This document shows, one piece after another, positions 34,284 to 45,920 of a stretch of 64,000 bases of DNA (the stretch's first letter is position 1; each line of letters starts with the position of its first letter). The DNA lies in the NCBI GenBank assembly GCA_000091205.1, contig AP006492.2. One strand, 5' to 3'. This stretch comes from Cyanidioschyzon merolae (lineage: Eukaryota). The notes below the pieces were generated by a model. That model was not told the DNA's origin. It saw only the letters and a program-made list of their open reading frames with translations, and did not search any database. The position numbers and the translations under genes are program-made.

Positions 34284-34571
34284 AACGAAAAAAACAAAAA
34301 GACGTGCTGGCTAATGTGTGCCCGCATTGAAGACGCAGAGTTAACACCCAGATTGTTGTCGCGATAGTGCCTGCCCGAGACGAGCGCTCGTGCACTATGC
34401 GGCTGGAGCTGCGACTGTACCAAAGAGAGAGTGGAATTCGTTTACTCCTTCGACGATGGGTTTAAAGAGCACCGCTAGAAAACACAGTCGATCGGCCATG
34501 CAACACGATTCGCGCTGTGCTTGAACCAGACCAGGGTGCAAGGACGCTCAACCATTGGCAAACCGATCGTA

Positions 34572-35216
34572 TCACTGCGCGGTAACGGGCGGCGTCGGCA
34601 GCGGGCCATGCGGGCGGATCAACTTCACGTTACCGCCATCCTCAATCAGCTTTCCTTCCGCTCGTAGCTTTTCGTACTCTTCACGTGTGAAGCGCGTAAA
34701 GCCCCAGTATCGCGACACGTAAATACGCTGGCGTCCAGGGAACTTGTACTTGCTGCGTCTGAGTGCTTCCTTCGCTGCCTCTACGTGTTGCTCTTTCACG
34801 CGCACGCTCATGAGAATCTGTCCGATATCGACTCGAGCGACGGTGCCTTGAGGCTTCCCAAAAGCGCCCCGCATACCGGTTTGCAGGCGATCAGCGCCTG
34901 CACAGGACAACATTTTGTTGATGCGGATCACGTGGAACGGGTGAACACGCACCCGTAGGTGAAATCCATCTTTCCCAGCAGTCGCAGTCAAGTACTTGTT
35001 GGCAGCAACTCGGGCTGCTTCGAGTGCTTCACTTGACAGCTGCTCCCGCTCGTCGGAGACCAGGTTCACACAAAAGGGCAACTCGTCCGTAGCGGCCTTC
35101 TTTCGCCCCAAGTCGAAGATGCGGATCTTAGGGTCCGGCACACCTCGACAGTAGCGCGACTTGGGGTATGGCTTATTCTTGCAATAGCGGTAACAACGAG
35201 CAGGGCGCCGACCCAT
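34572..35216 (-). CDS. RPL10: 60S ribosomal protein L10 (uL16), complete single exon
   Basis: [37 protein letters not shown]...[18 protein letters not shown]...YVSRYWGFT is essentially canonical uL16. Confidence 0.95.
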   Translation of the reverse strand: MGRRPARCYRYCKNKPYPKSRYCRGVPDPKIRIFDLGRKKAATDELPFCVNLVSDEREQLSSEALEAARVAANKYLTATAGKDGFHLRVRVHPFHVIRINKMLSCAGADRLQTGMRGAFGKPQGTVARVDIGQILMSVRVKEQHVEAAKEALRRSKYKFPGRQRIYVSRYWGFTRFTREEYEKLRAEGKLIEDGGNVKLIRPHGPLPTPPVTAQ

Positions 35217-35714
35217 GGTGAAGGTATGCTCCTAAGAACCCGACAATACGCTTCGCGACGCTCGAACCAGGAAAAGCGTGCGTTCGTATCGCTGGGAGTC
35301 GCCGCGGCGCATCGATTCCGTTTTGTACAGGATGTGGATCGATATGCGCGCGGCGCCACGGCGACGCGGGGTCGTCATCGTGCCGAACGTGTGCATCCTC
35401 TGAAATATGTCCGTTAAGTACAGAAAAAGACAGATCGTTGCGACGGCTGCAGAAGCACATCGCGCAGGGCGGTGCCATGTACGTAACGTCCTTTTACGGA
35501 AGATAAGTACAATATAGTACAATATGTTACAGGCCTGGCGGGATATCGACGGCGTGCACTGCGCTCGTAGCGCCGACGCTGCAACCAGCGACCCTGTTGA
35601 CGTCCCCTGTACGCACCGAAGCGCTCACGAGGTCTGTGGGGCGTTCGTGTAGGTCCTAGGGCGCCTGTGTGTGTCTCTGTGTTCTGACGTTACGTTTAGC
35701 CGCAAACAGGCACG

Positions 35715-36332
35715 ATGGGCGCATACAAATACCTTCAAGAGCTTTGGCGTAAGAAGCAGTCGGAAGCGCTGCGCTTTCTTCAACGAGTACGAGCCTGGGA
35801 GTACCGCCAGCGCCCGACAGTGCACCGGGCGACACGGCCGTCACGCCCGGACAAAGCGCGCCGCCTGGGGTACCGGGCGAAACAAGGATATGTGATCTAC
35901 CGGGTGCGGGTGCGTCGAGGCGGACGAAAACGTCCTGTTCCGAAAGGCATTCAGTATGGGAAACCAAAGCACCAGGGAATAACGCAACTCAAGTTTCAGC
36001 GCAATAAGCGCTCGGTCGCGGAGGAACGCGTAGGACGTAAGATCTGCGCGAACTTGCGCGTGCTGAACTCATATTGGATTAACGAGGACGCGCTTTACAA
36101 GTATTACGAAGTTATTTTGATTGATCCGAACCACAACGCTATTCGTCGTGACCCTCGAATCAACTGGATCTGCCGCCCGACCATGAAACACCGTGAACTG
36201 CGCGGCCTGACCAGCGCTGGAAGAAAAGGAAGGGGCCTGCACCGCAAGGGCCATTTGGTCAACAAAGCTCGTCCAAGTGTACGTAGCGTCTGGAAGCGCC
36301 ACAACACTCTCTCTCTTAGACGCTACCGTTAA
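35715..36332 (+). CDS. RPL15: 60S ribosomal protein L15e (eL15), complete single exon
   Basis: [32 protein letters not shown]...[19 protein letters not shown]...RRYR is canonical eL15. It is head-to-head with RPL10, separated by a 498-bp gap. Confidence 0.95.
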   Translation: MGAYKYLQELWRKKQSEALRFLQRVRAWEYRQRPTVHRATRPSRPDKARRLGYRAKQGYVIYRVRVRRGGRKRPVPKGIQYGKPKHQGITQLKFQRNKRSVAEERVGRKICANLRVLNSYWINEDALYKYYEVILIDPNHNAIRRDPRINWICRPTMKHRELRGLTSAGRKGRGLHRKGHLVNKARPSVRSVWKRHNTLSLRRYR

Positions 36333-36350
36333 GCGTAGTGCCACTCAGCC

Positions 36351-36764
36351 TCACTTGGCTGATGGCGCAGGTGTCGAGCCTTGTCCTCGTAGACGCACGC
36401 CTAGCGCTTTCTCCATCTTGTTGATGATAACGGGGTTTGGTGGAACCGCTGCGCGCTCGTAGTCGTTCACTACTCTGGCGCGTTCTCCAATGGCCTGGGC
36501 AAGCTGGGTCTGCGTCCAGCCCTTCTGCTGCCGTGCCTGTTGAATCCGCTTAGCAAGACTTAAAGGCACACTCTGCAGACGTTCAGGTTCGTGCGCCTCG
36601 TCTAAACGTTTTGCGTTCGGAACGAGGTTCTTCTTATTGCTTCCGGCTCCAAACTTCTTCTCAGCTGCAGCGCCTGTAATAGGTCCCGTCAAGCTCTGGG
36701 AGGACACCTGGTTTCTCTTGGCTCGGGGGTTTATCACCACTTCCTTCCAGTCCTGAGTTTCCAT
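36351..36764 (-). CDS. MBF1: Multiprotein bridging factor 1 (MBF1; HTH XRE-type transcriptional coactivator)
   Basis: 138 aa from METQDWKEVVINPRAK...KRLDEAHEPERLQSVPLSLAKRIQQARQQKGWTQTQLAQAIGERARVVNDYERAAVPPNPVIINKMEKALGVRLRG. The ORF stays open upstream to 36986 only through a 12-bp tandem repeat that translates as EKRT x6, so I treat the extension as a 5-prime leader artefact. The stop lies 18 bp from the RPL15 stop, a convergent arrangement. Confidence 0.8.
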   Translation of the reverse strand: METQDWKEVVINPRAKRNQVSSQSLTGPITGAAAEKKFGAGSNKKNLVPNAKRLDEAHEPERLQSVPLSLAKRIQQARQQKGWTQTQLAQAIGERARVVNDYERAAVPPNPVIINKMEKALGVRLRGQGSTPAPSAK

Positions 36765-36917
36765 CGGTTTCGCACGCTCTAAGAAAAAAATACTCCAGAA
36801 CAGGAGAGCTTTAACTGCTTTTGTTGCGACAACTTCTGCTGCCGCTTTGCTACGCGCGAGAACGGCGATCGCGGGCGCTCCTGGAAGCGTCTCGCGCAGC
36901 GTCTCAGATTGTGTACC

Positions 36918-37000
36918 TTTTTCAGTTCGCTTTTCAGTTCGCTTTTCAGTTCGCTTTTCAGTTCGCTTTTCAGTTCGCTTTTCCATTTCGCTTTTCAGCT
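36918..37000. repeat. 12-bp tandem repeat (cttttcagttcg)x~6 immediately upstream of MBF1
   Basis: Read directly: ttcagttcgcttttcagttcgcttttcagttcgc... Confidence 0.75.
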
Positions 37001-38150
37001 CTTTTCTGGTGAGGTGTGAGGTTTCTTCACGAATAAGTAGTTTTTTGGACTAGGTCTCCGCAGCCGCACTCTCAGGTATCTGCTATTGATTTCTCGTTAT
37101 ATAACAGAGGAAAAGCTCTGCTTTCCTTATACTCTATTTCTCTTTCCGTCCTTATACGGAATTGTTCTCGAGTGCACGCTATAGCATCATCGTTTGGGAA
37201 CTCGGACGCTACGCCCAAGGAGGTGTCTTCGCTGAGCGAGGTAGCGTACGGTACGCATCCCTGTGTATGGTTTTTCCAGAGTCGCGGAGAAGATCGTTCG
37301 CCTGATCCGTATCAGGCCCGAATCTAAAAGATGCACGTTGGTCGTTGGCTATTGATCGACGCTGAAATGTTATGCCAACGCTTCCCTCTTGCCACGAACT
37401 GCGTGCTTCGAAGCGTCACCCGGGATTCGAGCTGTCGCGCGCTACCAGCACGCTTGTTATTTTAGCGCACATCACATGGCTTCTAGCATGAGGCGCGGCT
37501 ATGAGGTCGAACGCGATATCATCGCGACAGGCGCTTGCGTTATGATATGCGATTAGGGACGAGCGTTTCCCGGGTTTGCGGCTTCTGAGATTCAGTCAAG
37601 GTCTTTACAGTGCGTAGAACTGTGCGGGTGTCAGAGCTGCAGTATCGTCTCGGTACTGGTCGATATCGAGGTTCGGCCGCCGTCCATCAGGTACAACGCA
37701 CTGGTGCAGCCGACTGCAAATGGCAGTTTCCAGCGATCAGGTGTAATGCATTTGTGCAGTCCACTGTGAAATGCGAGGTCGAGCGAACTTTGCACTTTGA
37801 AACAGCTTATCTTCCATTTGAGAAGCAGACTGCGTTTTAGGACAGATCTTGCGTCACACACACGCGTGATACGGGCATACGGAGCGCCCATGCTGTTCCG
37901 TTCCACGCGCCTAACCGAACAACTTATGGTAAAACGCTTCTGTATCGCCGGAAGTGAGGCTCCGATAAGCGTAGACTGCCAGTCTACCGCAGCGTCCAAC
38001 ATAACCCCAAACCTGTTTGAAAAATTGCACAGGGTTGGGCGCGTAGGCGGCATGTGTTGCAAGCAACCTGAAGCGTACAAACAGATTCGACTAGAATTCA
38101 TAGCTTTAAACCGTGTACGACATATTTTGCGTACCCCGCGTGCCCGCGCG

Positions 38151-40430
38151 TTAACGATAGGTACTCGATGATGATGATGATGGTGGTGGTGGTGGTGGTG
38201 GCGGCGGCTGTCGCCCTTGCAGGGCGCCAGACCAGGGACCCTGTGCTCCCGACTGCACCATTCCTTGGCGTGCTACGCCCTGCGAACCAGAGGAAAACTG
38301 CTGCTGCTGCTGCTGCTGCTGCTGTTGAGCAACCAGCGGCGGCGGTGGCACAATAGGCGCGCCGGTACCCGCGTGTGCCATCGAGGAGCTCCATGGATGG
38401 CCCGCTTGACCGATAGGATACGGCATTGACGCACTCGGCAGCGACTGTGCACCAGAAGTCATCGTCGTCGTCGTCGTCATCGGTGGCGGCAGCGGAGGCG
38501 CGCCTCCCGAATACATGGATGCAGCACTCACTCGAGGCGACGCCGGAACCTGCGACCTTGGTACAGCAGGCGCCTGCTGCGGAGCGTGCAGGGCAGTTGA
38601 TCCACTTCGAGACATCGGGGGAGGCTGCGGCCTCATAAGCGGCGATGTCAGTGACGACTGCGGAGCTTGTCCAGCAAAAGCACCCGCATTGCTCTGCACA
38701 GGAGTGGCTATTCCCGGTAAAGGCGGAGGCGGCGCTGGTCTAACGGGTGGCGCTGCCGGCGACGGTGGCGGTTGCGGAAACGCACCCACCTGTGCGGCAC
38801 CATAGGCGGGCGGTGCTCGCTGGGTGCTGTTTGGCGAGAATGCCGCTGGCGCTGGAGGCACGCTACGCTCCATGCCGCTCGCGTTCGAGGCCAAGCCCGG
38901 GGGCAAACCTCTGGCACCAGAGGCGGCAGCGTTCATAGCGTAAACACTCGTCGTTCCAGGTGGCGGTGGCATGATCCCTGCCGCAGGAACGAAGGACCCC
39001 GACGTCCGTGCGCCCGCGACAGGTACTTGATTCGTCGCGGCAACCTGCGACGTCACAGAGGCAGGAGGCATACCTGGGAACCTCGCACCTGCACCAGCGA
39101 AACTGGAGTCGAAACCCGAACGCACCAGATTGCCTGCACCTGGGTGTGATCCAGGCGATACCGCTGGCGACATGTGTGCCAACTGCGGTGTTACCGGTCC
39201 ACTGGGGGCCCTCTGCCGCAGCGACGCCGGCACACTACCAGCAGATGCAGTAGACGCCGTGGCAGCGGAGCCCAGTTCCTGCTGTGCTTGTGCGCGTTCC
39301 CGGTCACGAATCGCTTGCGCTCCAGCCTCCGATGCCTCGGCGATCTGCTTCCACTCGCCTGAAGGCAGCTGCCTCCAGAGAGATACCGTCTGATCGCCAC
39401 AGGATACAGCGAGAAACAGACCTGCGGTGCTCCAGCTGAGGCCCCAACATGGTGCCTTGAAGCGTGGTAGCTCTACATAGCTCCACTGACCGCCGTCGTG
39501 CTTCGCTGCCTCTCCATGAGCTCCACTCGGTACACGCCGCCAGATGAGCACTCGGCCGTCTTGACCTGCGGATGCGAGGACTTGACCAGCACTGCGACTT
39601 GGGCACCAGGCCACCGCACGTACCCAGTCGGTATGACCTGGGAGTTCTCCGCTTCGGGGCGAGGACACGCCGTCGCCTTCGATGCGCCAACACTCGGAGG
39701 ATGCATCGTAGATCCATATCCGTACCAGGTGGTCGCAACCACCGGTGGCAAGGCGCATCGGTGACCAAGTGCCCGCTGCGTCAGCGGCCTGCTCAGCGAG
39801 CGTGCTGTTTATATTGCCGGCAGGTGCCCAGGATAAGCAGGTCGCTCCGAGCTTGTGCGCGATGCCAGTTGCGGGATCAGCAACCCATTCGACCCGCCAA
39901 CTTCCGTCGCGCTCATCGCGTCGACAGACGGAAACGCGACCGTCTGAGGCAGCACACGCCAGCGTGAGACCATATTCCGGGGGCGCGAAAGCCACCGCGT
40001 TCACGGAAGCCGGTTCATGTGCCCGGTGTTCGTAAATAGGTTGCAGCAGGGGTCCTGGAGTCGGTCGTGAGCGCGCCCCGCCCGGCCAAGCAGCAGGCGG
40101 AGGCTCCTGCTCCGCCCATACGATCACGCGACCATCAAAGCCACAGGACGCTAGAACTGTTCCAAAGCACGGGTGCGCCCAGGAAACCTGCCATACAGGG
40201 CCACTTGTGCTCGCTTGCACCTCGCTTACGAGTCGTGCGGAACTCAAGGCACCACTCCCTAAACCAGCGTTGCTGCAGTCAAACACTTTGATTTTACCGT
40301 CTGCCGCACACGTCGCCAGTCTTTTACCATAAAAGTCAAACTGGAGGTCCAAGATGCGGTCATTATGTTGTGTCTCTATGAAAAGCTTCGGCACAATGAG
40401 CGCGCCTTCAAGAGCAGAGTCTTCCGTCAT
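38151..40430 (-). CDS. Sec13/Seh1-family WD40 protein fused to a ~400-aa Pro/Ala/Ser/Gln-rich low-complexity C-terminal tail
   Basis: The N-terminal ~350 aa match Sec13: HNDRILDLQFDFYGKRLATCAADGKIKVFD, GPVWQVSWAHPCFGTVLASCGFDGRVIVWAEQ and LATGGCDHLVRIWIYD. A continuous ORF then runs through polyQ (CAG/CTG repeat 38296-38330), polyT and polyP stretches to a stop at 38151. Confidence 0.7.
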   Translation of the reverse strand: MTEDSALEGALIVPKLFIETQHNDRILDLQFDFYGKRLATCAADGKIKVFDCSNAGLGSGALSSARLVSEVQASTSGPVWQVSWAHPCFGTVLASCGFDGRVIVWAEQEPPPAAWPGGARSRPTPGPLLQPIYEHRAHEPASVNAVAFAPPEYGLTLACAASDGRVSVCRRDERDGSWRVEWVADPATGIAHKLGATCLSWAPAGNINSTLAEQAADAAGTWSPMRLATGGCDHLVRIWIYDASSECWRIEGDGVSSPRSGELPGHTDWVRAVAWCPSRSAGQVLASAGQDGRVLIWRRVPSGAHGEAAKHDGGQWSYVELPRFKAPCWGLSWSTAGLFLAVSCGDQTVSLWRQLPSGEWKQIAEASEAGAQAIRDRERAQAQQELGSAATASTASAGSVPASLRQRAPSGPVTPQLAHMSPAVSPGSHPGAGNLVRSGFDSSFAGAGARFPGMPPASVTSQVAATNQVPVAGARTSGSFVPAAGIMPPPPGTTSVYAMNAAASGARGLPPGLASNASGMERSVPPAPAAFSPNSTQRAPPAYGAAQVGAFPQPPPSPAAPPVRPAPPPPLPGIATPVQSNAGAFAGQAPQSSLTSPLMRPQPPPMSRSGSTALHAPQQAPAVPRSQVPASPRVSAASMYSGGAPPLPPPMTTTTTMTSGAQSLPSASMPYPIGQAGHPWSSSMAHAGTGAPIVPPPPLVAQQQQQQQQQQFSSGSQGVARQGMVQSGAQGPWSGALQGRQPPPPPPPPPSSSSSSTYR

Positions 40431-41507
40431 AGCTAGTTGTCGTTGTTGAAACGACGTAGGCGGTGCCGAAACGGCCGTCAGGTACGCCGCACTGCTGGTT
40501 CGACGTCGGCGGCTTTGGCTGCGTTTTCAACCGCTGCTTCCCGAACGCCCCGTTCGGGAGGAGGATACGAACGTTCCCTCGGTACCCTGGAGGTACACGG
40601 TAAAGCAACCGTAGCGAACAGTGTTGAGCGCTGCTTGAAAGTACTGCTAGGATAGTGCTGTGTCCCGGTTTGGTGTTGGACGCGAGGGTAGCTTTGCGCT
40701 ATTGACGCTAGGCTCAGAACGTCCACTCTTGTTCGTTTCCGAGAGATCACTGACACTGCTACGGAACAGGAGCTGTTCAAAACTTCCGGAACGCTCGTGT
40801 CAAAGAGACTTGCGTCTGCTCGACCGCGCAGAAGTGGACACTGCTGGGAGTTACTGATTGAAAGGCTTCGGACTTGCCCGGTTCACAACTGAAAGGATCT
40901 GTCTTGAGCGACAAGCTGCCCATTAACGAGCGTAGCTCCCCGCTATTCAACTACTTGCAAGGCAAAGAAGCGCCTCCCCTCTTTTCGAGACAGTGCGTGT
41001 GTGCGTGCTTGATTCCTTGTTTCAGAACGTGCGCAGCTCTCTTGTTCCAGGACTGAAACGAAAGACTGCACCGCGGCATACCACTGTATCAGCTTTTACC
41101 TTTGGACCAAGCTCGCAGCCTGATTTGCAAAACTTGCCAAATCTTTCGTCCTATTCCGTCCCATACGCAGTGCATACGAGTTTTGATCGAGTCTAGTTCG
41201 ACAGTGTCGAGTTCCGCGCGCTTCGCGTACGTGCGGTGTCCCTAGAAATTGCTGGCACGAGAGAAGACCTGCCTGCGATAGTTTCGGTGCAAAAGTGCCC
41301 GTGCGTGCCAACAGAACGGGCAGTTCAGTCTGCTGCGACTGCGTACAACTTGTAGTCTCTCTGGTGCAAAAAGTCGCCCGCTCACACGCAAAACTGCAGC
41401 GAGCGCGCTGCGAAGGCCGCAGCACATCGACCCTGGCGCGTAGCAGTGACTTGCTGGCGGCTCTTTTGTCATTATCGCTTTGTTCGCTCGTTCAGGTTCT
41501 TTTCGAG

Positions 41508-42035
41508 ATGACGTTACCCGACGCCTTTGGCATATTTTGTATTTCACTCATTGCGTCATTGGTTTCAGAGTATTTGCTATATCTCACCGTCTATCGCAGA
41601 CAAAGTTTCCGGAACGATCGAGATGAGCTCATCGCCTTGCAGCGGAAATTGCACCAGGAGGAGCATCGCATTGTGCGGGCTGATCGGAAACCGCTCCACG
41701 AGCGACGCATTGCATCCCTGGAGAGAACCCTGCAGGAGACGTATGCGCGAGCGAGTCGGCGGAAAATGTGGATGAACCTTGCGATTTCCATCTTTTACTT
41801 CTTCGTTTATCGCGCAGTTCACCGAACGTATTCTGGTCGAGCTGTCGCCGCGCTTCCGTTTGAACCCATTCCAGCAGTACGTCGAATCACTCATCGAGAC
41901 GTCCCCGGGGATCATCCTCGAGAGACTGGCCTTGCTTTCATTTATATGCTGTGTTCTATGACGTTGCGCGTTTTTATCGGGCGCGTTAGTGGCCATGATT
42001 TACCACCCGTAGTCGCGCGCCGCTTGTCCAAGTAG
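41508..42035 (+). CDS. TMCO1: TMCO1 / calcium load-activated calcium channel (DUF841) family ER membrane protein
   Basis: From MTLPDAFGIFCISLIASLVSEYLLYLTVYRRQSF through the coiled-coil to GRAVAALPFEPIPAVRRITHRDVPGD...AFIYMLCSMTLRVFIGRVSG, the protein parallels human TMCO1 (GRVVAKLPFTPLSYIQGLSHRNLLGDDTTDCSFIFLYILCTMSIRQNIQKILG). Confidence 0.7.
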   Translation: MTLPDAFGIFCISLIASLVSEYLLYLTVYRRQSFRNDRDELIALQRKLHQEEHRIVRADRKPLHERRIASLERTLQETYARASRRKMWMNLAISIFYFFVYRAVHRTYSGRAVAALPFEPIPAVRRITHRDVPGDHPRETGLAFIYMLCSMTLRVFIGRVSGHDLPPVVARRLSK

Positions 42036-42234
42036 GAACGTGCGCATAGGTTCACGCCTGCGAGCGAGCGAGCGAGCGCAAAGTCGCACGATTTCTACTG
42101 CCCGGACGCGCAGTTTGCTGGGTCCGGAGCACCTGCCTCGGATCTCGTGTGCTATGTTGCGCATACGCTGTTTACCAAGGCAACTGGTCGTGACTCGAAC
42201 TTTGCTTGCTGCACCGTAGCCTCGAGGCGTTGAG

Positions 42235-43047
42235 CTACTGCGTCGCGCTGTCCTTACCATCGCCACCGCTGCTGTCTTCATCGTCTTCGACATCTTCCTC
42301 GGGATACACTCCTTTGACGAGAGGTGTTACCCATCCACCGTAGAAACTGCGCGGTTCCGGACGTACTCGGTATTCATCCACCCAACAGGCATCCACCTTG
42401 GCAGGATAAAATGCGATGTGGTCTTTCAGCATCCGGTAGGCCCTGGTCGGAAAATCGTACGACCAGGCTGCTCCTTCACTGACCTCCCAGCCAACTTCAA
42501 CATCGTAGTACGTAGCTTCACCTTTGAATTCGCAAAAAGTGCTCCTCACTTTGCTGGAAACCATCACGTACTGCAAGTCGATATCATCGAGCGGAATGTA
42601 ATACGAAGGCGGATGGGAGTACTCAAGAACCCGGTAACCTCGCCGAGTCTCCGCAATAGTGACTTGGTTGTGCACCACACGCAGGTGTCGAGTGTTCGGC
42701 TCCACACGCGGCGGACGCGGGTACGACCAGATTGACTCACGCTCGGCTAGAGGCGGTTTCATCACGCGCTTCGTTTCCAGGTCCGTCGGGAGGTTCACGG
42801 GCAAGTCACTGCTGCACAGAGGCCGGAATACGTGTGAGCACGCTTTCCGCAGTCTTTGGCCTTTTCTCAAGCAAGTATTTGCGCGTTCCAGACCAGCACC
42901 CCGGAAAGATAGAACTATTCGGTCAACAAACATAGCACTCGAGTCCAAGTAACCTGGAGCTGCCAGATACCCGCTGCGCTCCACGAACGAAGCGACGCCC
43001 TCAGGGGTGATTCGGCCAGGTGTCAATGACCAGGCGACGCGCTGCAC
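42235..43047 (-). CDS. DUF427 domain protein with an N-terminal extension
   Basis: SIWSYPRPPRVEP...YYIPLDDIDLQYV...STFCEFKGEATYYDV matches the DUF427 signature (SxWDYPRPP...YYFP.DV....L..S...T.C.YKG.A.YY) as I recall it. The start codon is uncertain; M1, M39 and M96 are all candidates. Confidence 0.5.
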   Translation of the reverse strand: MQRVAWSLTPGRITPEGVASFVERSGYLAAPGYLDSSAMFVDRIVLSFRGAGLERANTCLRKGQRLRKACSHVFRPLCSSDLPVNLPTDLETKRVMKPPLAERESIWSYPRPPRVEPNTRHLRVVHNQVTIAETRRGYRVLEYSHPPSYYIPLDDIDLQYVMVSSKVRSTFCEFKGEATYYDVEVGWEVSEGAAWSYDFPTRAYRMLKDHIAFYPAKVDACWVDEYRVRPEPRSFYGGWVTPLVKGVYPEEDVEDDEDSSGGDGKDSATQ

Positions 43048-45920
43048 CAGAGGTGTCGCAGGAAACGCCCCAGAGCGCAGCGTTCAGCGTTCGGTGCTGC
43101 GCTTGCGAGGGCCATGCTGCGTTAGCGGTAAACTATGTTTTAGTCTTGGCTACGAGCCAGATCTATTTACCGCTTAGGGCATGTCCAGACGTGCACTGCT
43201 CCGTTGCACTCAGGATGTGAGCCGCTTTGCAGCCGCGTTGGAACACCGACCCGGAGCGCTTCTGGCACTTGACGTTGGTCGGCGAAAAATTGGCGTAGCT
43301 GTTTCGGATACATAGTAAGTCTTCTTTCGTGCTGATCATTCCGTATGGGAGCACGGACTGGACAGATGGACTCCGCTGAACACCAGCGAGGTGGAACAAG
43401 GCCAAGCACTCACTCGACAACGTTGTCCAGACAAAGTTGTCTATGACGCATGATCCGTGGTCGGGTATTATAGAGCCTTGTGAGAGCGAATGAAGACCGA
43501 TTTTAGCTATGCTGCACCTTATCTGTTGTTTGGGTGCATGCAAGTGCGCTGGTCTCCGACAATTACATTGTTCAGACACTAACCTGTGGAAGCGATCCCG
43601 GTCGGTTAGTCGCATTGCTGCTTTCCCGCTCGGCACACTAGTTCGATATGGAGACCCCGTCCACGTCCAGTACAAGCTCGTGCAGCAGCTGCTTGACACA
43701 ATTGCAAAATACAGCGTGGTTGCCCTGGTCTCCGGATATCCGCTGGAGCTTAGCAGGTCGCGAGAAGGACCCTCCTGCTCTATGGTCCGGTCGTTTCTCT
43801 CATCGCTAACGGTGACACCTGAGCTAATGTGTCGAGTGGTGCCGACGTTGTGTCTGCCTTTGCCATGTTTGCTGTGGGATGAGCGATTTTCGTCGGTTTC
43901 AGCGCAGTGGTACCAGTATGTTGAAGAGCCCGGACGCCGCGGCCACGTGCGTCCGCTGCCGCAGTGGAAGAAACGTGGTATCGATGCGTATGCCGCGCTC
44001 ATTATTTTACGTGGCGTTCTGGAATGTGACTGGGCGCGATACCAGGCACCGCCGCGGACTCTCTAAAAGGCCTGAGGGAAGGGCGGCGGCACAGATGCGA
44101 AAGCGCATGCTCTATGTGCCTGCGGTGTATGTCCATGCTGCGGTGCGTTGGCGAGACCCAGCGACCGTTCGCTTCTCGGTAATTGGAGTAGGTGACGGAG
44201 GCATTGCCAGCTGCAGAGCCTATGACGGTATCGTTAGAATCCCGAAGGTATTCACCGCGAAAATGCTGTTGCAAGCAATGCGGCTTTTGTGTTTGGCGAT
44301 GAAGGGACCACGCGGGCGCTAGGAGCGGTATCTCTCGGAGCTGCCTGTATGCGCCTGAACGCATGCGATGCTCGTGATCACCAGGTCCGCCTCTTAGCCG
44401 ACTGAATATCTGCGCTCGCGGAAAAGAAGCCCACCGAACAAGAATGAGCGCGCACGTACCGTCCAGTGGAAAGCGGACGCCAGTGTGCGGCCATATCTAC
44501 GGTAAGGATGCAGTCACGAGTGTTACGGTGCAGAAGCGAGATAGTTAAGCACATTCCCCGAGAAGCGCAAACCCCGGGAGCCGCTGCGCAAGCAGCTGCA
44601 TCTGTGCGAGATTTAAATGGAAAACTGGACTGCTTGCTCTGTTCTTCACGTTCGATTTCTGTCCGAATCGTTTTAGATGTACCGCGTCGACATTCGAATA
44701 GCAGCTACATGGACTTGCGGATTCATGCGTAGGTGTAGGATTCCCGGTCGCATGGTTCTCGGAGTCGCTCCTTCGAATATCTCTGCCGCTGGCACTCGTC
44801 ACGTCATCGGAGCCAGGCTGATTCGCGACGCCCTCACACGAGGGATCGTAAAGCAACCGATATCGTCACCCAATGCATACGTTGAAGCCTCCACGCTTCT
44901 CCTTTCCCTACGTATAGTGCGCACGAATCATGCATGCTTCTTGATTTCGATCTTTGTGTTTCACAACAACTCGTGGGTACAGGGGTTCGCGCCGATCGGC
45001 TGACGACGGGAAACCTCGACATCGTCGCTTGACGACCTGATCACGAGCTCCTGCCAAATGTTCGCTAAAAATATTACGTCAAATAACCGAATTCGTTCGA
45101 AAGACGAATACTTCTCTGCTTGTGGACGTTGACGAAACCATATTTGGCAGCAGTTTCGTGATACCTGTTTCGCAAAAGAAGCCCGTGATTGTGGACAATG
45201 CTGCCCATCACGAAACGGAGGTCGCCATCCAGAAGAGCCATCTGTACCCGGCACGGGTAACACCGGGCGATGAAGCGAGCCGTCACCCGTCACAACGCGG
45301 CGTCCGGGAAAGTCGGTATTAGGGACATTTAGGAACCCTTGACCCCCCGTCAAGTATCAGCGCGACAGAGGCTGCACAGCTGCTGTTTACAATAAGATGA
45401 ACATGGCAAGCGAAGCATAGATCGCAACTTCAGCTCATGCATGTGTTGCCTAGGAAGCAGCCGGAAGCAGCAAAATCGGAACTTGAACGATGCGATCAAC
45501 CTATCTCAACTGCTGACAACAGTACTGGACATACGGGACAGACCAGCATACTTAAAGTCGGAAACGACAGGGAGGCAAAGGAAGCAGCCCACGAATGTTG
45601 GCACTCATAACACCGACGTAAGACACCTGAACTTTCGCCTGTACGCAAGTCACAGGGTACGTCTGTCGCCCTGCACGGCAACGTACGCGCAGCGCGACGA
45701 CCGCAGATTGAAGCTACGCGCGCGTCTGCCTTGAGGCGACTCCATGACTAGCGACATAAATGTACATAGTAAAACAAAAGTACACTGACATGAACTTTTT
45801 CTGGGCCTCGAGCAGAGGCGCCCGGCGGGCCTGCAGCGCTCCATGGCAAACGTTGCTATATCGCGAACGGCAAGGTTTAGAAGCAAGACGGCGCTGCTGC
45901 GAACGCAAACTTAGGATACC

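Noticed and set aside
33707-34330. 207-aa ORF inside the left IR arm (mirror 48360-48944)
   Set aside because: It is conserved between the arms only because the arms are identical. The translation is Arg/Ser/Val-rich with no motif, so it is not evidence of a gene.
36765-36986. N-terminal extension of the MBF1 ORF (MEKRTEKRTEKRT...)
   Set aside because: It is produced by the 12-bp tandem repeat keeping the frame open. The conserved MBF1 N-terminus starts at METQDWKEVV.
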